Shown here: one piece after another, positions 54,626 through 64,000 of the stretch | Numbering within the stretch: position 1 is the stretch's first letter | Layout: every line of letters starts with the position of its first letter | Source of the DNA: Octopus vulgaris | Lineage: Eukaryota | Direction: 5' to 3' | NCBI GenBank assembly: GCA_951406725.2 | Contig: OX597817.1 | Coordinates: forward strand, 41,230,001-41,294,000 | DNA: 64,000 nt | The notes under the pieces: model-generated | Databases searched by the model: none | Told to the model about the DNA's origin: nothing | The model's input: the letters and a program-made list of their open reading frames with translations, nothing else | Position numbers and translations under genes: made by a program

Positions 54626-56328
54626 CTAGAAAGAAAATAAATAAAATTAAAAATTAAATTTACAAAGGTAATTCAAAAATATGTAAACCTAGAACGATTT
54701 TAAATGGAAATATTTAACATTGTATAAACATGATACATATATGTGTACAAACACACACACACACACAATAAAAAGTATCTTTGAAGTGCAGTTCAAAAGG
54801 GAATTTATCGAACCAATGTATACCACATTCAATCTATAAAGAGTCACCTTTTTGGCCATGAATTTGTATTAGTCAACATTAACAAATTCTGTTCTACATC
54901 TTGCATTCAAATTAAAATGTAAAGATTCTTTTATGCTAGAGGACTATTAAAATCTGACTGAACTCATCTTCAAACAGGAAGTTACGATAACTTTTGATAA
55001 AGTCTTTGGACGAGAAGATCTTTGAAGTATTACAAATCAAACTAATTTGCTGCCACTAGAATAATGAGATGGTTGAGATAATTATGGTTTCCAGGCAATG
55101 ACTACATCATCACACGAACAACAAATTTTGTAAGAGCCGCATCTTCACTTTTTAAAAAAAATTCTCTTTATTCCCTCCCAACAGCAACAGTGTATAAAAT
55201 GGATAATAGCAGAAAGATTACAGCATTGACACAGATTTGGTGAGAAAAAAGAAGGCCAACACACTAATCATAATTTAGTAAAGTTACAATTAGTATTATA
55301 GAGAAATATTTAATTCTTTGGTGTCATGGGTACTTTACTATCATCGACGACTAAAAAAAAACCTCATTTTGAGATTTGAAGTACTCTATATACTTTTATT
55401 GTGAATACACTATATGAAAGAACAGATTACCAAACGGAAAGTATTTAACGATGACAACAACAATTATTACAGCAACAAAAGTTATGTTTACACAGATGAA
55501 AACATCAATTGGAATATTCACTGAACAAAACTGCAGGTAGATCAATGAGAATAAAAGAAATTAACCAGATGGCATCAATACACCTGTCAACTAAAACTCA
55601 CGAGAGTACTTATAGTGGAAGTTAATTATCTGAAGTGAAATCAGTAATTAGAAAGACAGCTTATTGCTAATGACATCCTACAAGAGAAGTCTAGTCTTGA
55701 ATATTTCCAAGCTATAAAGCTGTAGCAAGTTAAAACAGGATTGCAGAGAAGAGCTAAAATTGTTTGAAAACACTAAGCAATATGAAATATCTTTCATCAG
55801 CACCAAAAATATGTGAGTGAAACAATAGCAGTCTTGTTATTTAATAGTAGCGGGCTAGCTGTGAAGGCACATGGCTTAGTGGTTAGGGTATTTGGCTCAC
55901 TATCATAAGGTCATCAGTTCAATTCCTGGTAGCACACTGTGTCCTTTAGCAAGACACTTTATTTCAAATTGTTGCAGTCCACTCAGCTTACAAAAAATGC
56001 ATTGTAACTGTATTAAACTTGCAGGTTTGGGGAAGCTTGGAGGAATTCAGAAGAACTATGGGTACTTCTCTAAATGAGATATAAGTAGTAACAATACTAG
56101 ACAGTAATATTTTTGTCACTATAACGTGACTGTTCCACGCAGAACTATGTTATTACATTTTAACCCCAGGAAAACATATTTTCCAGCTGGTTAACATCAC
56201 ACAACCAGTATCTGATATATTGTGAGTAAGGGAGCAAATCACTCCTCTCCAGCTTGACAAGACCAGTAGATCATGGTTTCTAAGTCTTTACCCATCCTTG
56301 ATACTGGTGAAAACTTTAAAGGGACATA

Positions 56329-56752
56329 GGCGTAGGAGTGGCTGTGAGGTAAGTAGCTTGCTTACGAACCACATGGTTCCAGGTTCAGTCACACTGCATG
56401 GCACCTTGGACAAGTGTCTTCTACTATAGCCTCAGGCCGACCAAAGCCTTGTGAGTGATCTGGTAGACGGAAACTGAAAGAAGCCCGTCGTATATCTGTA
56501 TATATACATATATATATGTATGTATTTATGTGTGTGTACATATGTTTGTATGCCTGTGTTTATCCCCCCAACATCGCTTGACAACTGATGCTGGTGTGTT
56601 TACATCCCCATAACTTAGCTGTTCGGCATAAGAGACCGATAGAATAAGTACTAGGCTTACAAAGAATAAGTCCTGGGGTTGATCTGCTCAACTAAAGGTG
56701 GTGCTCCAGCATGGCCACAGTCAAATGACTGATAAGAATAAAGAGTAAAAGA
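56329..56752 (+). mobile_element. SINE family A (full length)
   Basis: Colinear with 4659-5061. Confidence 0.9.
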
Positions 56753-57418
56753 GTAGACATTTTAACTTCAGAATAATGTCATTTGTAGATGTAGAGGTTT
56801 TGTAATAAAAACTAATGCTCGTTAGTCTTCTAGCTAAATGACTGCTGGGAACTGTCAATGACAACAGGTTGTCATTGTTATTTCTTAGACAATGGCAAGC
56901 CCTGATTGAGGAGACATACAATCATAGGCATTCCCACTGTGACCATCTCATCGTTTTGTACTTAAAAGACTAAATCATCCAGGGTGTCCTTCCAAAAGAG
57001 CAGTGATGTGTCTCCCGATGGATGTTTAGCTGCTATTTACTGAACAGCCATGAAGAGGCTCCCTTGATTAAAAAAAAAGAAGCAAAAACTAAATAAAAGG
57101 GTCAAGAATAACAATAAATTTTCTAACAAAAAAAAAAGGAAAAGTGGTGTTTGGATTGGATGTCTGTGTAGACGTGTGTGTGTATCACAGAATTAGTTAT
57201 AGTTAGTTCAGCATCCATGAGGAAAGCATTCCTTATATGATTGTAACTTTGCGAGGAAGGAGTGTATAAAACTAGTCAATACTCAGTGAAACAATGAGTA
57301 CACAAAGTGATAAGAAAGCTAAAGATGCAAAACTTGAAGCAAATGTAACGGTTGATACAGATGGAATAAGTTCAGAGAATTGCATTTATTTCTAAAAGTT
57401 ATAATAATAATAATAATA

Positions 57419-57548
57419 ACACACATTCTACGCAGAACACTTTCAATACAGTAATCACCAGAGCATCACAACAAATCACAGCACATACCCAAGGCACACA
57501 GAGCTGCGCTCAGTAGTGAAGTGAAAGCACGCTATAAAAATAAAACTA

Positions 57549-57551
<3 letters not shown>
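57419..57551 (+). mobile_element. R4/Dong-like non-LTR retrotransposon 3' fragment in (TAA)n
   Basis: The frame HILRRTLSIQ* resembles the RLE-clade ORF end (GTAHILR). It is flanked by (AAT)n on both sides, which is the known Dong target. Confidence 0.55.
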
Positions 57552-57598
<47 letters not shown>

Positions 57599-57680
57599 AA
57601 TTATTGTATACAGTGCTCAGGTGCACCACAACTTGTCAAAAGTGCATATAAAGCATATGCAGTAATGTACAAATATCTGG
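57552..57680 (-). mobile_element. Second, inverted 3' UTR and tail of the same CR1-group LINE
   Basis: 57594-57680 is the exact reverse complement of 57971-58057, preceded by (AAT)n. Confidence 0.85.
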
Positions 57681-57685
57681 AAAAA

Positions 57686-58068
57686 TTATTAACCATCTTA
57701 CTCTGAGCACCTTTTCAAACTCCACCTGTCTAACACCCGTGGACATGTTTACAAAGTCAGAAAACAGCACAGCTCCCATGACTTTCGGAAACATTTTTTC
57801 ACGCTAAGAGTTGCTGAAGTATGGAACAAACTGCCGGCACCAGTTGTTAGTTGTCGGAGCACTGCATCCTTCAAAACTTCCATGCTTCCTGTGATTTGCC
57901 AACACTACACCTGATTTCCTCCCCTCCATACACACACAAGCATGTATCTGACTTATACACTGTTCACTTCCCAGATATTTGTACATTACTGCATATGCTT
58001 TATATGCACTTTTGACAAGTTGTGGTGCACCTGAGCACTGTATACAATAATTTCATTATTATTATTAT
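57686..58068 (+). mobile_element. CR1/L2-group LINE 3' end
   Basis: The frame HLFKLHLSNTRGHVYKVRKQHSSHDFRKHFFTLRVAEVWNKLPAPVV...SFK is a CR1-type ORF2 C-terminus. It is followed by a 3' UTR and an (ATT)n tail. Confidence 0.85.
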
Positions 58069-58107
58069 GAGAAGATATCTAGTCTGGAATAAATATGTAA
58101 ATGAAGT

Positions 58108-58624
58108 CTTGCTCATAACTGATTCTCTTATCACTGATCTGAGGTAACATGGTATGCTCAGTTGCAAACCATGTTATGCTTATTGCAGATTGATCTGTGA
58201 TTAATGCAAATAGGCAATGAGTCGAAGATTCTGCTTGTACTACAAAGATATGCCCCAGCCAGCATTCACAATGCTCAGCTACTCTGAATGCACTGACTAT
58301 AACTTGTATTTACTTGACCAAGCTGTGAGGCTACATATTTTTCATATGGATTTACAAACTCATACCTATCAACATGGAACCAATGAACAGAAAAAATAGA
58401 AAGGACCCGGACCCTGACCCTAAAAAACAATGCAGATGAGTGTGTTCACTAGAGGAAAAGGTAGAGATAACCATGAAAATAGTTGACTGTAGAAGCTTTG
58501 GGCCATTTGATATCAATGAATCTACCATTCATTCCATTTACAAAGTGCATAGAGATGATTCATTAGTACTGATTAATTTATCATTGTGTTCTGTTTGAAA
58601 CCAAACCTCTGTGATAAATGAGGA
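58108..58624. repeat. Unclassified hairpin-ended interspersed repeat, copy 2 (longer interior)
   Basis: It shares atcactgatc..aacatggtat..ttgcaaac..gttatgctta..tgatctgtgat..aagattctgcttg and the terminal accaaa..ctgtgataaatgag with copy 1. Confidence 0.7.
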
Positions 58625-59189
58625 CGAATGTATTGCAAAAGGCTGGTGCATTCTGGACAGAAAAAAGTGTAATTTGTTATCCAAGACAGAAGCAGACCAA
58701 GGATTTAGTAATATAATATTGTAGAAATTATAAGAGGCAGAAATACATAAAAATGATGTATTGAAGATGTGTCTACACATGATTGCATGAATTTTTAAAA
58801 GAAAGACAACAACAACGATATGGCGATAAAATTATTTTTGTATGTTTTTAAAATTTTGTCCACATGAATATTATTGAAATTAAGGCTAGTTCTTAGATTT
58901 TTCTTCTATGCATAATACAGTTTCTTTTTATTAACATATGGACAATAGTGTATTTATAAGAAAAAAAATTATTATTAATACAGCTGGTATCTGTAATATC
59001 TGTAGTATAATAAAATTTGAAAGTGAGGGGGTAGAATTATGATAATGTTTTTTTCTAAGCTGGCATAGACTGGACAAGTTGTTATGGTTTGAGTCAACTC
59101 TTATTCAAAGTTATAGCCTTCCTGGACGAACCAGAGGATTATGTATCACTTAAATACACAAAATATTGTAAAAGTCATTGATTAAAAAT

Positions 59190-59509
59190 TTTTTTTATTT
59201 ATTTATGTGCCCTTTTCAAGCCTAGCTAGGCTCATGGGCCCAGTTTCCCGGTTTCTATGGCGTATGTGCCCCCCCCCCCCCCAGCTGGACGGGATGCCAG
59301 TGAATTGCAGCATTACTCAACAGGAAGAGAGAGTGAGAGAAAGTTGGGGCGAAAGAGTACAACAGGGGTCGCTACCACCTCCTGCCGGAGCTTCGTGGAG
59401 CTTTAGGTGTTTTTGCTCAATAAACACACACAACACCTGGTCTGGGAATCAAAACCATGATCCTCCGACCGAGAGTCCGCTGCCCTAACCACTGGGCCAT
59501 TGCGCCTCC
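59190..59509 (-). mobile_element. tRNA-derived SINE, family E
   Basis: The minus strand starts ggaggcgcaatggcccagtggttagggcagcgg and ends in an A-rich tail. A candidate TSD, aaaagtcatt, flanks both sides. Confidence 0.8.
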
Positions 59510-59815
59510 ATAAAAAAAGTCATTAAGCTGAAAGTATTGAAATTAAATATACAAACAAAATATGCTTCCTGAGAAAATATGGATTTCGTGTTTTCTTGGA
59601 ATAATGGGAGATAATTGTAAATTGCAGAAATGAAAACAGGTGAGTTATGCCAGCTAGCTTACATCTTAGCACACAAAATATTTTTTTTAATTGCATGTGT
59701 TACTACTCTTAGTTCATATAATAAAATTCATGCCCAAAGTATGTAAAAACAGCTATCATGGGAATCTGTATGGGATAACATAAACAGCTAGAAATATCAG
59801 TGAAATTTCTTTTAA

Positions 59816-59985
59816 CCCTTCCATTGCCATATTTTCAATGAAATACACTGCCTTCATTTCGCTTAATTTTAAAAATAATGAAAGAATTTAATAAGATGAC
59901 TTTGTCATTTGTTAAGCTTGTGTTTCTAACATAAGTTTGTATCAGAAAATCAAGGGGAGTCTCAAGTAAGTTAGCATCAAAAGGG
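59816..59985. mobile_element. piggyBac-like MITE (diverged copy)
   Basis: Ends are TTAA|CCCTT ... AAAAGGG|TTAT. It is the reverse orientation of the 61092 family. Confidence 0.55.
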
Positions 59986-60107
59986 TTATATCACACCTAT
60001 CATCTTAAAAAATGATATCTGAGTTTTTAATAGATTACACAGTATTAAATACAGGGTGGGTTGGTAATAACAGGAATGCTTTTAATCAGAGGTCTATTCA
60101 ACAAGTG

Positions 60108-60589
60108 CCATAAATCCTCGAGTATAATCCGCATATTTAACCCAAAATTTAAAGGTCAAAATCCCTAGTGCATGCTATATATGAGGTTTAAAATGAAAAT
60201 TATTTTCTAAGCAATGCCTGAGTCTCTATTCGCTGTCCGGCAATGTTTATTCAGATGCATTTTGTGATGTCGGGTGCGAAAATACCTTAAATCATCCATA
60301 ACTTGCAGTTAGCAACATTTATTAAACGTTATATTACTGTTATTTCTTTATTTTCTGCAAAGAAAATGCACAAAAAAGCTACACATTTGCATTATGTTAT
60401 ACGTACAATAATAATAAAGGATGTTACCGTGTACATTTTTACAAACCAAGGACATTATATAGACCGCCTTGACTCAAGTTAGAGAAGGGGTGCGTATTAT
60501 ACACAAGGTTTAGGTCTTTCAGAGGTACAGTCCCCTAAAAATCCCCTGCGTATTATACTCAAGGGCGGACTATACTCGAGTATTTAAGG
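60108..60589. mobile_element. Tc2/pogo-like MITE
   Basis: TIRs are ccataaatcctcgagtataatccgc and gcggactatactcgagtatttaagg, followed by TA. The subterminal motif tgcgtattatac is repeated. Confidence 0.8.
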
Positions 60590-61091
60590 TAAATACTTTC
60601 ATGAGCATTTTGCAGGAGAGTAGACATACAAGTCTATTCAATATTGGTTCTGTATCACAAACAGAATTTTTAAATAGAAGCCAACTCTTTCCTCATCACA
60701 GAAAAGTTACTTATAAAAAGAGAATAGCTACCTTGATGTTGAAAAATGAATTTAAGAAATATACCTGATAATACGAAAGCTGAGGTAAGGATATGGTGAG
60801 TACTTGATTCAGATGACTATGTTAAGTGAAACAGAGTTAAGCACCCTGTCAAATGAAAATTCTACTAAAACGAAAAAATAAACCTATGATTGCTTTGGTG
60901 AAATATATTCACATGACAGGTTGATTGGTTGCATCCCTGCTGCCATTAGGCTACTATCACATCTATAGGTAATGACATCACAGCAGTAGCATCCATAAAT
61001 GTGGGAGGGAGGTGGTTAACTTCCACACACACACACACACAAGCTATTGTTTAGCCCAGTTCAGACCCGAATCAAGCAAACCTATGTTTAA

Positions 61092-61300
61092 CCCTTTTGA
61101 TACCTACCCACTTGAAACAGCCTCCAGTTTTATGATATAAATTCCCTGTTTTTACAGGGATCAAAATTAAAACCATGTATCAAAATTTCATGTTAATTCA
61201 AATTTGAAACACTTGCTTAATATTGACAAATTTATCTTAATAAATCCTCAATCCTTTTCAAAATAAATTGAAACAAAAGCAGTGTATTTCAATGAAAGGG
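61092..61300. mobile_element. piggyBac-like MITE
   Basis: Ends are TTAA|CCCTTT ... AAAGGG|TTAT. Related copies lie at 17929-18147, 59816-59985 (opposite orientation) and about 16110-16230. Confidence 0.65.
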
Positions 61301-61360
61301 TTATGGGTGTTTTAGCACAGCCTTCTTAATGATGGTAACAACAAACTTGTTAGCAGACGC

Positions 61361-61407
61361 CTGTTACTGATGAGGTGCAAAATACTGAAATCATGTGATA
61401 ACAACAG
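61361..61407 (+). ncRNA. Degenerate compact hammerhead ribozyme motif
   Basis: The sequence reads CTGTTA-CTGATGA-GGTG caaaa TACT-GAAA-TCATGTGA-TA-ACAACAG. The core is intact but the stems carry G-U pairs and an offset. Confidence 0.55.
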
Positions 61408-61479
61408 TTCTGACACTACTGCTGGACACTTCTTCCTGCTACTGATACTTCTGTGCTTTTATACACAAGGTAGTTGTGA

Positions 61480-61731
61480 AACCTGTGCTGGTGGCAAGTA
61501 AAAAGCACCAACCAATCGTGGACGTTGCCAGCCTCCTCTGGCCCGTGTCAGTGGCATGTAAAAAGCACCCATTACACTCATGGAGTGGTTGGCGTTAGGA
61601 AGGGCATCCAGCTGTAGAAACACTGCCAGATCAGACTGGAGCCTGGTGTAGCTTCCTGGCTTCCCAGACCCTGGTTGAACCATCCAACCCATGCTAGCAT
61701 GGAAAACGGACGTTAAACGATGATGATGATG
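61480..61731 (+). mobile_element. Family C repeat
   Basis: It ends ggacgttaaacgatgatgatgat. Other copies lie at about 5678-5860, 21269-21450 and 46780-47037. Confidence 0.85.
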
Positions 61732-62380
61732 TGCTTATAGGAGAGATTTTCTCCGGCTAAATACTGCAATATTATGGCATTCTTATAAGACATCCATGCT
61801 AAGTAGGACATTTGGTAATAATATTGCTTCTGTTGCTAATATCTAACATTCAATCATTTCTTCAGACAATGGTGTCAATAACTAGGAAGTGTTTGTGAAG
61901 TCCCTATTTAAAGGGGGGAAAAATTTAAGAAAAAAAAAGCTAGTCAAACGTTTACATAAAAGTCTCCTAGCCTCAGTAGCTTGGCAGTTAAGTGGTTCAC
62001 TATAAAGGTAGTTAAAACACTAAAACTCAACAAAATCATATCAGGTGACAGACTTTGCTTTCATCATATACTATGATAAGGCACCCTGGTATCTTTACAG
62101 TGTAGTGATAAACCTGTACTGCATCTTCAGTCACTGCAGCCCACCTGAAAAATGAGTCATGTGAGGTGGAGGTGGCTGTTACAGTGAGTGTTGCTGGCCA
62201 TTCTCTGTGGCGATGCCTTTGCAATTACATCTTTAAGGGGCAATTGAACAAACCATTTCTTCTGGGATGTACACCCCTTTACTCTCTCCCCACCATATTC
62301 TGCTGCTTAATTCTCCCTCCTCTTTTTTAAACTTTTTCTTTGTTTCCTTGGTGAGGTAGTTATGGGGGTTCTTTTTTTCT

Positions 62381-63466
62381 CACTTTTTCTAGCAAATATC
62401 AATAATATATTATATTTTGTTCTCTTATATAAAATGATCTGTGAGTACAGCCATGGTTTGCATTGGTTTTGTAAATACAAAATTTGATCTTTTACACTTT
62501 AGAAGTTTAATCTTTCTTTTCTTCCTGTTAAAATATGTTAAAAAAATGTGATTCATAAAAAAAAATAAAGACTGTAGGGATATCTATAGCTATTTACATA
62601 GAAAAAAATTAAATACATTATTTAGCAAGTTGTTGAATTCTGTTATCTCCAAATCGAAAATAACATACCAAGAATTCTATTTTCCCAAGAACACCCACTT
62701 CGCAGTTAGAAGATGTAAGGGACATAATCGATGATTTACTTCATCAATATTCTATAACACTTTAACTGACTGTGTGGCGAATTAAGTCATTGCTGTCTGC
62801 ACTACTGTAAGTACAGCAGGAATAATGCCAAAGATTGAAGAGATGCCGGATATTTATTATTTTGTTATATTTATTTATTACAAGGAAATTACTCTCCTTT
62901 TTTACGTGTCTTGACCTGCAGTAATTATGAAAGGATTAGTAGGGCTATAAAATGAAAGCTCATTTTTTTGGCCTCTTCAGAATTGAATACGAGAGAGCGA
63001 GAGAGAAATAAGGAGAGAAAACAGAGAGAGGGAGAGAAAACAGAGAAGGGGAAGGAAGGAGGGAGAGAGAGAGAAATAAAGAGAAAGAGAGAGAGAGAAA
63101 ACAGAGAGGGGGAGGGAGGGAGAGTGATTACTGCAAAAGCTGGTGATATAAAGTTCCTGCTGTTAGCACTACTACTATTAACATAACCAACAAAAGAACC
63201 TTTGTACTGTTGCTTGACATGCAAAAACAACAACCAAATCTCCTTCAAAATACACCTTGTTATTTTAAAGGAAAGTTGACATTAGTTAATGCAGACCAGC
63301 GTTTCTCAACCGGGGTTCCACAAAAGGTTCCTAGGGGTTCTCTGAGAAAGAGTGAGATAGGCTAATTTCATGATTGTAATATAGACATCATCCTATTTAA
63401 GCTATTATGTTATCAAAATATATTACAACCATTGGGGATATATTTAGCAATGTCTGTAATCTATGG

Positions 63467-63517
<51 letters not shown>

Positions 63518-63938
63518 ATATACACATGTATGATATTTACCATGTAAACTATGATGAAGAAAAATATGAGAAAGATATGGTATATAGTTTGTTTTTGTAT
63601 AGGGGTTCCTCGAGACATGTTATTTATTTTAAGGGTTACGCAAGGGTAAAAAGGTTGAGAAACACTGATGTAGACCACTGGCAGGAAAAAAGACAAAAAA
63701 CAGGAAAGCCACAACAGGAGCATATATGGTCATAGTTATGCATGGAACAAATATGGTCTGACCAGGGGATACGAACTAATAACAACTTCTGTATTTGAGT
63801 GCAATGTGACTACAAATACTTCATAAACCTCAATTCCCACTTTTTTTAGCAAATAGCAATAATATATTATATTTTGTCCTCTAATATAAAATGATCTGTG
63901 AGTACAGTCATGGTTTGCATTGGTTTTGTGAATACCAA
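62381..63938 (+). repeat. ~100-bp direct repeat pair (62381-62482 and 63838-63938)
   Basis: The shared text is tagcaaata.caataatatattatattttgt..atataaaatgatctgtgagtacag.catggtttgcattggttttgt. Confidence 0.85.
63297..63667. mobile_element. hAT (Charlie-like) MITE
   Basis: TIRs are cagcgtttctcaacc and ggttgagaaacactg. The 8-bp TSD is atgcagac/atgtagac. It interrupts an older interspersed repeat. Confidence 0.85.
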
Positions 63939-64000
63939 AGTTATTGGTCTCCCTTCAATGTATGAAATGTAGAGAATTCCATTCTCTACTATCTGAGCCC

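Noticed and set aside
4659-56752. Apparent strand bias of SINE families (A mostly plus, B mostly minus)
   Set aside because: There are too few copies in one window to distinguish this from chance.

Overview
This is AT-rich, microsatellite-dense animal genomic DNA. The SINE families and the gene structure point to a coleoid cephalopod, most likely Octopus (inference). The only host coding sequence I can support is two consecutive minus-strand exons of a kinesin-3 gene of the KIF13A/B (Khc-73) type. The first is the post-CC1 segment at 54491-54625 and the second is the first half of the FHA domain at 9197-9333. They are separated by one 45,157-bp phase-0 intron. Everything else is intronic: several tRNA-derived SINE families, RTE-, CR1- and R4/Dong-like LINE 3' fragments, mariner, rosa-like, Tc2/pogo, hAT and piggyBac-like MITEs, a Helentron-like element, and long (TA)n/(GA)n/(AAT)n tracts that explain most of the ORF track. 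Four things deserve follow-up. (1) There are several hammerhead-ribozyme motifs, one inside a 418-bp partial tandem repeat (Penelope/retrozyme-like). (2) An intronic segment can fold back onto the KIF13 exon and is a candidate ADAR editing-complementary sequence. (3) An 87-bp perfect inverted LINE-tail pair is present. (4) An unclassified hairpin-ended repeat occurs twice. Repeat boundaries were read by eye and are approximate.
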